Below, piece by piece: positions 9,905 through 20,454 of a stretch of 64,000 nucleotides of DNA. The translations under genes and the position numbers were made by a program. How positions within the stretch are numbered: the first letter of the stretch is position 1; each line of letters starts with the position of its first letter. The stretch is taken from positions 1-64,000 of the forward strand of contig JBBQPO010000002.1 of assembly GCA_038217285.1 (NCBI GenBank), in the 5' to 3' direction. The stretch comes from Chthonomonadales bacterium. Its GTDB lineage: Bacteria; Armatimonadota; Chthonomonadetes; Chthonomonadales; Chthonomonadaceae. The notes beneath the pieces are model-generated. The model made no database searches, was not told where the DNA came from, and saw nothing but the letters and a program-made list of their open reading frames with translations.

Positions 9905-10432
9905 TTATGGGAACAACAGGTTGATTAGTCCAGTTATGCGGCATAGGTTCCGCAATACAGTGATCGGCGTAACGAGGTGGTAGTCTTTCGGATGGGAGAC
10001 CGCATTGCGCAGATCCACCACAGCAAGCCAGCGAACCTCTTCGGTAGCCAGAATAATTCCCTCCTCGATGAGGCGCTGTATTTTGCGCTTGAACGGCACG
10101 CCTTCGCTTCCCAGCCTCATGGACAGGAACTTGATAGTAACGGCCGCCTCAACCACGCGGTAGAGTTGATCTTCAGCGAGCGTAAACAGGGGATAGAAAA
10201 AGTAGCCATATGCCATGGCGCTCCGAGCAATCTCAAAGAGACGTTGTACTTCGTCTGGAACGGAGGGAAGCAATTGCGGCGTCATAAATCGCTGCACCCA
10301 TCTGTTGCCCGTAATCGGCTCTAAGCGTCCGTCATCGGTAAATATCACGCCGTGCGTAGCCACGTCGTCTGGTTCGAGCCAGTTGTCCTCGGTTAACACT
10401 TTAAATCCATCTCTGTATTCTGTGGTCACCAC
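9905..10432 (-). CDS. Hypothetical protein with HEPN-like Rx4H motif
   Basis: GAGGAG RBS; helical protein with LRNAVSHP near the C-terminus. Confidence 0.6.
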   Translation of the reverse strand: MVTTEYRDGFKVLTEDNWLEPDDVATHGVIFTDDGRLEPITGNRWVQRFMTPQLLPSVPDEVQRLFEIARSAMAYGYFFYPLFTLAEDQLYRVVEAAVTIKFLSMRLGSEGVPFKRKIQRLIEEGIILATEEVRWLAVVDLRNAVSHPKDYHLVTPITVLRNLCRITGLINLLFP

Positions 10433-10913
10433 CTACTCCTCATGTACATCCTACATGGCGCACAAGCATACGTCCCGGGCTACCCCTATTGTCTCTTCCA
10501 ATAGAAGCGGACTGAGATTAACAGCGAAGAGGCCAAGTCTGTTATGCATACTGACCGGACGTGGGTAGACAAAAGTTGCATGAGGCCAAATGTTTTTAGA
10601 CTTGTGCGCCAGGGCCTCCCCAACTTCAAAGAGAGGTCGCTTAATGGAAGCAGTTCGAACCTCTTTAGTCAGATGCGACGGTTCTTTTCGGGTGCGGGAT
10701 CTGGTGCCTTAATCAAACTTTAGCCTTGGAGCAGGTGTTTCATTTTCCAGATCTCGATCAAATTTGCTGACCTCATAATTCGACGATAAAAAGGTGGACG
10801 TACTCACGGGTAAGAAGTTTTGAGGATTAACAGCGAGTCGGCTCGGTTCTGCCTTCATCATATTCCCTTACTATTTCGCTAAACTTCCGTTGCGCGTGCA
10901 TAATCTCTTGCTG

Positions 10914-12449
10914 TTAGTAGTGTGGGTCTTTGCAGTTATTGCTTTCACTGAACTTCGGCTCCACCCGCTCTTTACCCCAAATTTTGTTCCCTGCCCGTTT
11001 GGGATGCTCCCGGAAATGCGTGTTGCGCTCCGCGAAATGTCGATCAATAGCGGCCTTCGCGGCGGCTACATCATCGTAATCGCTGTTATGGATGATGGCT
11101 CTGGCCATGCCACTGAACACCGATTCGATAACGTTGAGGAACTGCGCCCCTGAGGGTAAGGGAGCTAGCTTCACTGTGGGGATGGTATGCGTTGCCCGGT
11201 ATTCAGGACTATTAATCTCTTTGACTACATCATACAACAGCTTCGATGCATGCCAGGATGCTGCATCCCAGGACAGGTAGAGGCACTCTTGATCGGCATA
11301 TTCAACCAGGAGGATCTTTAGCAACTTGACCATCTCCTCCGTATTCTTGTGTTCGGAGTAGAAGTGCGTAATCTGGTTCGTGGAGAGTTCGAGCGCGCCG
11401 GTGAGAAGAAGGCTGCCTTTGCTCTTCTGCCATTGAGGGATCGTCTTCGTCTCACCCTTGAGAACCAGGGAACTGCCTCCTTGAAGCTGAACGGCGAAGG
11501 GGCCGAACTCATCAATCGAGAAGAATTTCTCCTTGGAGGTCAACTGCGAGAGAATAGCTTGGATTGCTTGCACTTTTTCCTTGTACGCGGGATCGCGACT
11601 CGTCAGTACTTTCCTGGCTTTGCGCACACGGTATCCCGCATCGCGAATGATCTGGCGTATACCGTCGCGCGAGATAGGATGTCCCTGCTCAGCCATAATG
11701 CGGTGCATATCCTCCATGCGCCAGGTCGTGCGATTAATATCGTGGTCTGCGGGGGGCGCATGCAGGATGGCGAAGAGTGCCTCCTTATAGCGTACGTCCT
11801 GAGATTTTTTGATTCCTCGTGTCTTCGAGCCGAGCAGTGTCTCGATCCCCTCGTCAGTAAATTCACAGAGGTAGCTCTGAACAGTCTTCCGATGCAAATA
11901 TAAACAGCGCGAGATCTCTCGTTGAGGAGTACCGTGCAGGGAGAGCAGGACGGTCATCGCCCGATTCCGATACGCCATCGGCCTATCAAGAACGCACCGA
12001 CGAAGCGTTTCGATACGTTCAGCATCGAGTTTTCCGAGGGTATATTCGGCAATCTCCGCATTGCTGACGTCGCCTTGCAACAGCCTGAGTACCCATGAAT
12101 TCACCGTGGTCTGATTAGCCAGGACATGCATCGGAGAGGATTGAGGCAGCAAACGCAGGTAATTCTTGAGAATGGAATATCCGCCGCGATACCCTTGTTC
12201 CCGGAGTTCGTTGAACAAAATGACGGCGTTCCCCACGCCAGCCTTCAGGCGCTCCCCAATATAAGATTTGAACGGGTCGATTTTTGTCGGCCGTATAGCC
12301 CTTGCTCGTGGCTTCCCTATGGCGGCTGGCTGCTCGATGTACTTCTTGACGGTCTTGCGGCTACATCCGATTTTGCTGGCAATCTGTCGTTGAGACCATC
12401 CTTGACGGTGGTAAAAGATGATGTCAAGTTGTTCATCCTGAGTTTTCAT
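10914..12449 (-). CDS. IS630-family transposase with an extra IstA(IS21)-like N-terminal HTH
   Basis: DDE motifs SIDEFGP, WDAASWH, LNVIESVFS; N-terminus GWSQRQIASKIGCSRKTVKKY..KIDPFKSYI..GYRGGYSILKNY. Confidence 0.8.
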   Translation of the reverse strand: MKTQDEQLDIIFYHRQGWSQRQIASKIGCSRKTVKKYIEQPAAIGKPRARAIRPTKIDPFKSYIGERLKAGVGNAVILFNELREQGYRGGYSILKNYLRLLPQSSPMHVLANQTTVNSWVLRLLQGDVSNAEIAEYTLGKLDAERIETLRRCVLDRPMAYRNRAMTVLLSLHGTPQREISRCLYLHRKTVQSYLCEFTDEGIETLLGSKTRGIKKSQDVRYKEALFAILHAPPADHDINRTTWRMEDMHRIMAEQGHPISRDGIRQIIRDAGYRVRKARKVLTSRDPAYKEKVQAIQAILSQLTSKEKFFSIDEFGPFAVQLQGGSSLVLKGETKTIPQWQKSKGSLLLTGALELSTNQITHFYSEHKNTEEMVKLLKILLVEYADQECLYLSWDAASWHASKLLYDVVKEINSPEYRATHTIPTVKLAPLPSGAQFLNVIESVFSGMARAIIHNSDYDDVAAAKAAIDRHFAERNTHFREHPKRAGNKIWGKERVEPKFSESNNCKDPHY

Positions 12450-12472
12450 GAGTATCACCTCTGCCATCAAAC

Positions 12473-15400
12473 CTATTGTGCAAGTACGGAGGAGCCTGCT
12501 TCCGCCAGAATATTCCGCGCGCTTTTCCGCATCTCGCCAAGGGTCGCGGGATAGAACTGAACCAACTTATCCTCTCCAGCAACCACGAGATGCTGTCCAT
12601 CAGGTGTAAACCGTGCAATGTTCATGCGCAAGCCATTGCCATGTACGACAAGTTCTGGTTTACGCTGGTGGAAAACCTCGCCGCTATGCACGGTGGGGAT
12701 ACACCACGTCCGTGTTACGCCATCAGCGCCGGTCGTGACGAGACGCCTTCCATCCGGTGAAAAGAGGGCGGAAAAGAGGGGGCTGTCGCTGGCATGGAAC
12801 ACCCCGAGCAAGTGGGCTGAAGTGGTGTTCCACAGATAGGCGTTCCCATCAGCATCTGCCGAGAGCACAGCGTGCTCGTCTGGTGAGAATGCAATACTCA
12901 ATGGATAGCGTTGGGGCCCAGGGCCGCGGTCGCCTTTCACGGTGTACACCTCTTGCCAGCGCCGGGAAATGAGATCGTATCGACGCGCAGTGCCATCGGT
13001 AGTGGCTATGAGGATGTGTTGGCCGTCACGCTGAAAGATAGCGCTCAGATATCCCCCTACCGCATCAGGCAACTGGGCTGTCTGGCGACCGGAGTGAGCA
13101 TCCCAGACGCGAACCGTTTGATCGCGAGACGCCGTCACTACAGACCGTCCATCCGCTGAAAAGAAGATCGTATTTATCCGGTCTGTATGTCCAATTAAGG
13201 GTACATAGTCGTTGGCGGTTGATCCGGTTGCTGCCGGAGCAGTCCAGATACGGGCTGAACCATCCGTGCATGCCATGGCGATCCGCTGTCCATCTGGAGA
13301 ATAGACGGCATGGTCGATTTGTTTGCCATCCCACTGCAATCGGCGGATTGGATCAAAAAAGGCGTGCATAGTGTGCGTTGCAGTGTCCCAGAGTATTCTT
13401 CGTTGCTGCCAGACGAGGACACAGCCTTCGTCAGAGGCGGCAGCAAACGCCGTCCCATCCGGTGAACAGTCCACATAGGTGAGTGTACCTTCAGCACCCT
13501 GGTAGGTTGACTGTCCCAATGACCAGACATCGGCATACCCCGTCTTAGAAGCGGTGACGATCTTTCGGTCAGAGCGACTGAACTGAACCGCAGTGGCCTC
13601 ATGGGTGCGCGTAGCGAGGGAGTACATTGGTTGCAGATGCTGAGGCTTATACCAGATCTGCGTATTGCCCCGTGCGTTCGCACTTGCCACCCATCCGCTG
13701 TCGGTCGATACGTGGATCGTATTTATTTTACCGATCGCCCCATGATATTGCAGGGACTCAGTACCCCGTTGCTGATTGGATGCTGCAGGTCCATGGTAGG
13801 CGATTAAATTTCCTTCGACAGATCCCAACAACACCAGATCGGCAAAGTGAGAAAAGGCTACGGCGGTCAGTTGTCGGTTGGCGGCCTGCACGTCTGGGCC
13901 AATGTTGTAGAGACACTTCCCGGTATGTGCATCCCAGATACGTGCTTCCTGATCATGGTCTTGGCGCAGGCTGTTGCCGATTGTGGCTACGAAGCGATCG
14001 TGTCCCGGTAGGTCGGATGAAAACGAGACGCCTGTCACGGGGCCTGCATGCCCTTTGAGTTCGCAGATTGAGCCATCAGCAATAGTCCACACACGCCCTG
14101 TTTTATCCGGCCCATTGGTTACTATGAGGGTTCCATCTGCAGAAAGGTCTGCACGCGGAGGTCCTAAAGTTTTGCAGCGAAAGGTACGCATTGGAGCGAT
14201 GGTATGGCCCAGTACGTTGGCTACATCCCATACCTGAAAGCAGGACTCTGCTGAGCCTGTACGATACGCCGTAACGAGACGTGTACCTCTTAACGCGAAC
14301 CGAGCGACAGCAACCTCGGGATTCGGTATGTCTGCAGGTACTACGGGAAGCCTGACGGTAGGTTGCCAGTTGTGGGTAGAGATGAGATCGGCATAGCGAC
14401 CACGACCAGCAATGACGAGGTACTGGTCGTCGCTGGAAAAACTTGCAGCGGTAAGTCGTCCGTCATGGGGAATCCGGCGAATACGGTGCGCCCGTGCGGT
14501 CACCGCGCTAAAGAGTGCCTGTTGCGCTGCCAAGGACGGCTTCCGTCCTGCTTTCATGGTCGTTTCGACTGAGTGTAAGCTCGACTGTACGGCCTCCACC
14601 TCATCTCCGGATTGAACTGCTAATGCAGATGCATGTTCGCTTTCGCTCTGCTCCTGTGCTTGCAACGTATCACGCAGTGCCTGGTTACGTACTGTGACCG
14701 CTTGGTTCATCGAACCCTGCAAGAGAGCCAGACGTTGTTGGAGGACGGTAACGCTCGCCTGGAGTGTCTGCTTCTCCTGTGCGATGCGGTCGCGCTCCGT
14801 TTTCGTGTGGCCGATGGTCTGTTCCATGCGGAGAAGATCTGCTTGTCGGGCATGCAGTAACTTGGTATCGGTATCGATCTGCTTCTCATTTTTGGACAGC
14901 ATCGCCCGCTGGTGGCTTAATTCCGTGGTCAATACTACCGCCTTTTGCGCGGTCCAGCGGTTTATCATGCGCTGACGCCATGCCATCCCGAGAGACGCAG
15001 CCGCAATTCCCCAGATAATGGTGGCCCGTGCAAACCCGAGCCACCAGGCGCGGCGCTGCCGCCGCAACTCCGTCCCAGGCATCGCTTGCCGTATCCAGAC
15101 GAGATCAAAGACCGTCCTGTAGATACGGTTACGGACCACTATCCGCAGTTGCTTACCACGTGTCGTAGCACAGACAAGACCAGAGAGTAGTAAATGCTGA
15201 ACCAACGCTCCGGGAGCGTCCTCAGCATGAATGTACCGACCAGTTAGGATCATGTTATATAATGTTAAAATACCTGTGCGATGTGCTTCTTCCGTGAGTA
15301 TGTACCGGCTCACGAATTTTAGGTTATTCTCTTCTTCCTGCGCCTCCCGCCGCAAGAATATCTGTGCGCAGAGACTATCAATCTCGCTGGATGATAATGG

Positions 15401-16177
15401 TTGCCCCGCGTTCGCGACAGCCTGACAGAACTTCTGAGTAAGATACGGATGACCGGCAGTCCAGCACCAGACCTGCTTTAGCTGCGCATATTGCTGTACG
15501 TTGTTACCGGGGAGGCCTGCGGCGAATACCAGCATTTCCGGCAGCGAAAAATCATGCAGTTCAATGCGCCGGCCAATGTTAAAGGGGGTGGTCCGCACAT
15601 CTTGGATTAGATCAGAAGGTGTGGCAACCCCCATCAAGCAGAATGTCAGTTGGTGGCTTCCTGAATGAGAAGCACGGCGATTATGGCACTCACGAATCGC
15701 CGCAAAGAACTCGTCAACTGAAAATGGCAGTTTGCGCACGGCGTCGATCTCATCTACGAAAATGACAAATGGTATATTGAGGCGAGGCAGGAATATGTCG
15801 CGAATGGCCATAAACAATCTCTGTACGCTACCCAATCGGGAGTGTTGGATCCAGAACTCCTCTGCTTCTGCTTCTAGGTCGCAGTCTACTGCAAGGCTCG
15901 TAAGTAAGCCAAAGTACCACTGCTCCTGAGTCAGGTTTTCCCCGATACTGCTGATGTCCAAAATAGCGGCATGATGGCCTATAGCGCGCAGCTGTTGTGC
16001 CATCCGTACAATAAGCGAGGATTTGCCTACCTGTCGCGTATCCAGGACATAGCAGAACTCTCCAGCGAGAAGCGCCTTGAACAGGACGGCATCCGCCTCA
16101 CGCTCTACATACGAAGGAACGTTTCCCGGCAAGGTCCCGCCAGGGACAAAGTAGCCCTTAGATGTTCGTTCCTCCAA
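12473..16177 (-). CDS. AAA_35-like NTPase - TM helix - coiled coil - WD40 repeat protein
   Basis: YVEREAD, RQVGKSS, IFVDEID, TPFNIG, GHPYL; hydrophobic ATIIWGIAAASLGMAW; many GH...WD repeats. TTG start at 16177 inferred from the RBS. Confidence 0.85.
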   Translation of the reverse strand: MEERTSKGYFVPGGTLPGNVPSYVEREADAVLFKALLAGEFCYVLDTRQVGKSSLIVRMAQQLRAIGHHAAILDISSIGENLTQEQWYFGLLTSLAVDCDLEAEAEEFWIQHSRLGSVQRLFMAIRDIFLPRLNIPFVIFVDEIDAVRKLPFSVDEFFAAIRECHNRRASHSGSHQLTFCLMGVATPSDLIQDVRTTPFNIGRRIELHDFSLPEMLVFAAGLPGNNVQQYAQLKQVWCWTAGHPYLTQKFCQAVANAGQPLSSSEIDSLCAQIFLRREAQEEENNLKFVSRYILTEEAHRTGILTLYNMILTGRYIHAEDAPGALVQHLLLSGLVCATTRGKQLRIVVRNRIYRTVFDLVWIRQAMPGTELRRQRRAWWLGFARATIIWGIAAASLGMAWRQRMINRWTAQKAVVLTTELSHQRAMLSKNEKQIDTDTKLLHARQADLLRMEQTIGHTKTERDRIAQEKQTLQASVTVLQQRLALLQGSMNQAVTVRNQALRDTLQAQEQSESEHASALAVQSGDEVEAVQSSLHSVETTMKAGRKPSLAAQQALFSAVTARAHRIRRIPHDGRLTAASFSSDDQYLVIAGRGRYADLISTHNWQPTVRLPVVPADIPNPEVAVARFALRGTRLVTAYRTGSAESCFQVWDVANVLGHTIAPMRTFRCKTLGPPRADLSADGTLIVTNGPDKTGRVWTIADGSICELKGHAGPVTGVSFSSDLPGHDRFVATIGNSLRQDHDQEARIWDAHTGKCLYNIGPDVQAANRQLTAVAFSHFADLVLLGSVEGNLIAYHGPAASNQQRGTESLQYHGAIGKINTIHVSTDSGWVASANARGNTQIWYKPQHLQPMYSLATRTHEATAVQFSRSDRKIVTASKTGYADVWSLGQSTYQGAEGTLTYVDCSPDGTAFAAASDEGCVLVWQQRRILWDTATHTMHAFFDPIRRLQWDGKQIDHAVYSPDGQRIAMACTDGSARIWTAPAATGSTANDYVPLIGHTDRINTIFFSADGRSVVTASRDQTVRVWDAHSGRQTAQLPDAVGGYLSAIFQRDGQHILIATTDGTARRYDLISRRWQEVYTVKGDRGPGPQRYPLSIAFSPDEHAVLSADADGNAYLWNTTSAHLLGVFHASDSPLFSALFSPDGRRLVTTGADGVTRTWCIPTVHSGEVFHQRKPELVVHGNGLRMNIARFTPDGQHLVVAGEDKLVQFYPATLGEMRKSARNILAEAGSSVLAQ

Positions 16178-16223
16178 AGAAAACTCACCTTTCCAGTGCT
16201 TGCACCGTTTACGCCGTATAAGG

Positions 16224-17780
16224 CTACTTGAAATGCCGTGCGAAGTAGCGAGTATAGAGGCCGCAGCGAGGGCGGGCCGCTTCAGGAGAACTGCCAACGA
16301 CTACCCCGGCGCTTCTTAAGCGAAAAAAACCGGCGTCGGAACAGGAACGGCCTTCCAGCACCGCGCGCATGTCCGCAAGCAGTTCTGAGTCGGTAGCCAG
16401 AAAGCGGCGCAGATACTCTAAGTGATCGTGGTAAGGGCCGTTCGGCTGCACGGCCATGACTTCAAATACCTTGACCGTTATCTTTTGGGTTGTCATCTCG
16501 TGCAGACCCCGCATCAGCAGGTAGGGATGCCCTCCTAAGAGTTCGTACAAATGCTCATGATCAGCCGCTTCCAGGGCAACGCCATACCGCACTGCTGCTT
16601 CTCGGCACTGAACTCTGCTAAAGTCAGCCACATCTATGCGGGTACCAACGTTGAAGGGCGACTGGTTGAGATCACGGATGTAGAGGTGCGCTTCGGTGGC
16701 TGTGGCCAACAAGAGCGTGAAACGCCCCCAAGGAACAGTCGGTTGGGTGGCGCGTTTGGAATGAATGCCACGGAGCAGGGCGAAGAATTCGTTGTAGTAG
16801 TCGGTCTTAAAAAGGCTATCTATCCCATCCAGCGTCCAGACGATAGGAGAATCGGTCGTTTTTAACACGCGCTCACGTAGGAACCGCTCCAGGTTACCAA
16901 CCGCACCGCTATGAGTTTTCCAGTCACGCTCCAGAGAGAACTCCTGTCCGGCTTGTTCAGCAAGTGAGGCGATAAGGCGTAGGTACAAGGTATCTCGGTC
17001 TGCCAAATCTGCGGGAGCGAGTTGCTCGAAGTCGGTATCGTATACGGCCCAGTGTCGGTCATGGGCAAACCGTAATCCTCGAGCTAGCAGTGATGATTTG
17101 CCGATCTGGCGCGATCCCTTAATGAGGACAATGCCCTCGCTATTCTGGAGAGCCGTCGTAAGCGCCTGGTCGCACGTCCGTCTGATATACAAAGGGGAGC
17201 CCGGAGGAATGATGCCGCCAGCGGGTCTTACCTGTCTTTCCGGCGCGAAACTTCCTGAAGCGACACGGTGCGCCCCCCAAAAGTTTTGCTCGCTTGCCCG
17301 CGCAAGTGCCTGTTGTAGCTTTTTCGCATAGCGCTCCCGAAATGGAGCAATCCACTCGTAATTCCAGCCAGCCAGCAGCGTCTCCTCAGCCATCTGCTGC
17401 GCAAGAGCGAGCGAGGTACTATCCCCGCGCGCGCACGCGGCCTCAAATTGTAAGGTATCCGCTTGCTCTAAGTTAAGTATCAGGCGAACGGCGCCGGTGC
17501 GCGTTTCGAGACAGACGGCGTCTACCTGAAGGATCTGACGCAGGAAACTTAGGCTCTGGCGCAGGTTCTGATCCACGTCTCCCACTGGCCTGTCGCTCCA
17601 AAAGCACTTAGCTAAATCAGCCTTCTCGACCCACCGTGGACTATGCAATATCAAGTAGGCCAAAAGCCGCTCGCCCTGGCGCAAATGAAGGCCGCCGATG
17701 GGCTGGCCATTGTGGCAAGCTTCGAAGCCGCCAAAGAGGCGAAAGACGAGCGAAGACTGGTGGCTAGGCTGTTCCTCCAT
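16224..17780 (-). CDS. SARP-type wHTH/BTAD fused to an AAA_35-like NTPase
   Basis: FRLFGGF, LLAYLIL, NLRQSLSFLRQ, LLAGWNYEWI, then YIRRTCD, RQIGKSS, SPFNVG, GGHPYL. Confidence 0.85.
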   Translation of the reverse strand: MEEQPSHQSSLVFRLFGGFEACHNGQPIGGLHLRQGERLLAYLILHSPRWVEKADLAKCFWSDRPVGDVDQNLRQSLSFLRQILQVDAVCLETRTGAVRLILNLEQADTLQFEAACARGDSTSLALAQQMAEETLLAGWNYEWIAPFRERYAKKLQQALARASEQNFWGAHRVASGSFAPERQVRPAGGIIPPGSPLYIRRTCDQALTTALQNSEGIVLIKGSRQIGKSSLLARGLRFAHDRHWAVYDTDFEQLAPADLADRDTLYLRLIASLAEQAGQEFSLERDWKTHSGAVGNLERFLRERVLKTTDSPIVWTLDGIDSLFKTDYYNEFFALLRGIHSKRATQPTVPWGRFTLLLATATEAHLYIRDLNQSPFNVGTRIDVADFSRVQCREAAVRYGVALEAADHEHLYELLGGHPYLLMRGLHEMTTQKITVKVFEVMAVQPNGPYHDHLEYLRRFLATDSELLADMRAVLEGRSCSDAGFFRLRSAGVVVGSSPEAARPRCGLYTRYFARHFK

Positions 17781-17854
17781 AAATATGCTTCCCCTTTCCG
17801 AGCAGTACATCCCTAGTTTACCCATTCCGAGACCCAAGAAAGTGATGCGATCAG

Positions 17855-17913
17855 ACACTCACAAAACATTCACAAAGGAGTGACACTTTGGTCACGCTTT
17901 TGCCTAGTAAGCT
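17855..17913 (+). promoter_or_regulatory. 11-bp-period direct repeats plus -10 box (SARP/OmpR-type activator site)
   Basis: T(C/G)AC cores at 17859, 17870, 17881, 17892; TAAGCT at 17908. Confidence 0.6.
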
Positions 17914-18150
17914 AATAGACAGAAACGATAGCCGCATCGAAAACATACACGTGCGCTGCTGGAGAAGGTGCCTTTAGGGCTGTTATCCTCTGCGTTCCAG
18001 CGTGCATATCTTCGGAGTGCGATAGCGTTCGACATTTCTCAATACCAAAATATACTTGCCAGTAGTCACAGGGGCTCGCCTGATTAGCATGAAAGCCAGT
18101 TAACATACTGTGTTCACTTTTTCGCCACCTACAAACGAGGAGACATACAA

Positions 18151-20379
18151 ATGAATCTGCGACTGAAGATACTTCTTGCCCTTCTGATGTTACTTCTTCA
18201 ATGCACCAGCCTAAGTCTTGCCTCAGCCCAGGCCGTACTTCGTGTGCCTTCCCAGTACCCAACGATTCAAAGCGCCCTCAATGCAGCTCCCGCAAACGCA
18301 ACGGTTCTTGTTTCGCCCGGCATTTACAATGAGAGTCCAAGCGTGTCCAACCGGAGTAATTTGACAATTCAAGGAATTAATGGGCGTCCTGTTTTGAAAG
18401 GAGGGTTCATCCTTTCAAGTTGCCGAAACATTCTGGTGCAGGGCTTTGAATGTGACAGCGCTAGTTATGCCGGAGTGTATGCCGATGGCGGGGGTAATAT
18501 ATCTGCTATCGACATCCATGCGCTCGGTGGTCAAATATGTGTCTGGCTCCGTAATTTCACGGCAGGTACAAGCAGTACTGTCACCGACTGTACTGCAGAT
18601 AACTCCCAATGGGGCATTTATTTGGAAGCAGGAACCCATCCCACGGTGCGCAGATGTACCGTAACCAACGCACGTAACTGGGGGATATTTGTCGGAAATG
18701 GTTTTGGACAGGGTTTAATCGACAACTGCACCGTGTCTAATAGCGGGCTCTCGAACATTTTTGTTTTGGGAAACAAGGACAATCGAACCGATGCTGTAGA
18801 GATTAGCTCATGTACTGTTACTGGCAGTTTTGGCTTTCACGGCATTGAGATTAACGGTATCCATTCCTCTTTTGTCCATGATTGTACCGCTTTCAGCAAT
18901 TACGCATATGGCTTTGTCAACTGGTATTGCGACACGGCGATTGACAAAAACTGTGCCTCTCACGACAACGTTGATGGCTTTGATTTCTCCACCTGTCGGA
19001 CTGGTACCGCAGACCACTGTCTGGCCTACCACAACGCGCAAAACGGCATTGCCGTGCTCACTGCCGAGGCTAGCTACGGCGCAGCCAGTGTCCAAGTCCA
19101 AAACTGCACGCTTACGAATAATCCATCAGGAATATACTGCCAGCCTGGATGGACCCTATTCATACAAAACACGATCTCTGCACTTAATAACCGGGGCATT
19201 ATTCTCGAAAATGGCAGCATTATTCTCGAAGACTATAATGACTTCAACAGCAATGCCAACGGCAATATAAATTGGTCGCCCCAAGGTGTCCACGATCTCT
19301 CAGAATACCCCGAACTGACGACTGACTTTCATCTATCTCAAAACTCGCCGTGTATCGATTCGGGGACGCCTACGCGATTAGACCCTGACGGCTCGGTAAG
19401 CGATATCGGATGCTTTTACCTTTCTCATGCGTCTCCAACCGTGTCGGGATTGAAACTTGAAATGCCACAGTATGTGGTAAATGCTGGCACGAAAACCTAC
19501 CAAATCACTCTGCATATGAAGGGATCAGGGCATGGTCATATCACTGGCCACTGGGTTTTAGACGGTAAGCGATATTTCACCGAGATCCTTACTGACTGGG
19601 ACTTGACGGCAGGAGGCTGGACCGCAGGGCCAACGATAGCGATACCGAAGGCACAGCTTGAAGGCAACCATACGCTGTACTTTACTGTCGATGCGCCCTC
19701 TGGGCTGCAGTCAGGGAATATAGCGATAGCCATTACAAAGTTCGACTCAGCCATAAACGGTTTCAAATTCGTCAACGCCTTTCCTCGCATACCAGGGAAG
19801 ATCGATCAGATATTGGGAGATAATGATGGGTTTTGCGTCGGTATGAGTTGGAAGGCACGAAACTACTACATCCACAAGCAGCAGATCCCCCAGGACACCC
19901 TTCTTCCCTCGCGTACTCAGGACAGCGGACTGTATTGGGACACTCGTCTTGCTCAGATCCGCGGAATTAAGCGTTTTCAACTGATCGACAGCTTACGGAT
20001 TATTGGCTATTTTGGAAATGGCAATCAGGCATTACAAGGAGAAACGGACGCTGTTCGCCAAGCACTGCAGGACAATCTGGTAGCCCCGAACGCACTTGGA
20101 TCCCCGACAGTGATAGCGCTCACCGTCAACGCGGATGGTACGGGAGGTGGCCATGCTGTCCTTGCTACAGGGACCGTGTTCTGTAGCGACGCTTACATTG
20201 AGGGAAGCGCAGATCAAGCATACAATGTGCGGCGATTCTTTGTGTGCGATCCGAATGTAGTTGGAATCGTCCAGACAGTGGATGTATATAACCAGGACCA
20301 AGCATTCGGCATGGCCTACGACGTTCCCGGTGCAGCACCTAAAGTCACCGCCCATTACCTCTTCACGATAACCCTATAG
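18151..20379 (+). CDS. Secreted right-handed beta-helix protein with possible C-terminal papain-like domain
   Basis: Signal peptide, VPSQYPTIQSAL, parallel beta-helix repeats, SPCIDSG..DIG; C-terminal GFCVGMS..GHAVL..CDPN. Confidence 0.8.
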   Translation: MNLRLKILLALLMLLLQCTSLSLASAQAVLRVPSQYPTIQSALNAAPANATVLVSPGIYNESPSVSNRSNLTIQGINGRPVLKGGFILSSCRNILVQGFECDSASYAGVYADGGGNISAIDIHALGGQICVWLRNFTAGTSSTVTDCTADNSQWGIYLEAGTHPTVRRCTVTNARNWGIFVGNGFGQGLIDNCTVSNSGLSNIFVLGNKDNRTDAVEISSCTVTGSFGFHGIEINGIHSSFVHDCTAFSNYAYGFVNWYCDTAIDKNCASHDNVDGFDFSTCRTGTADHCLAYHNAQNGIAVLTAEASYGAASVQVQNCTLTNNPSGIYCQPGWTLFIQNTISALNNRGIILENGSIILEDYNDFNSNANGNINWSPQGVHDLSEYPELTTDFHLSQNSPCIDSGTPTRLDPDGSVSDIGCFYLSHASPTVSGLKLEMPQYVVNAGTKTYQITLHMKGSGHGHITGHWVLDGKRYFTEILTDWDLTAGGWTAGPTIAIPKAQLEGNHTLYFTVDAPSGLQSGNIAIAITKFDSAINGFKFVNAFPRIPGKIDQILGDNDGFCVGMSWKARNYYIHKQQIPQDTLLPSRTQDSGLYWDTRLAQIRGIKRFQLIDSLRIIGYFGNGNQALQGETDAVRQALQDNLVAPNALGSPTVIALTVNADGTGGGHAVLATGTVFCSDAYIEGSADQAYNVRRFFVCDPNVVGIVQTVDVYNQDQAFGMAYDVPGAAPKVTAHYLFTITL

Positions 20380-20454
20380 GCGGGTACGGAGAACATTATG
20401 CGCTCCTTCATTCATTTGTACGTTACTCAAACAGCAAGTAAAGGACGGAAAAGT

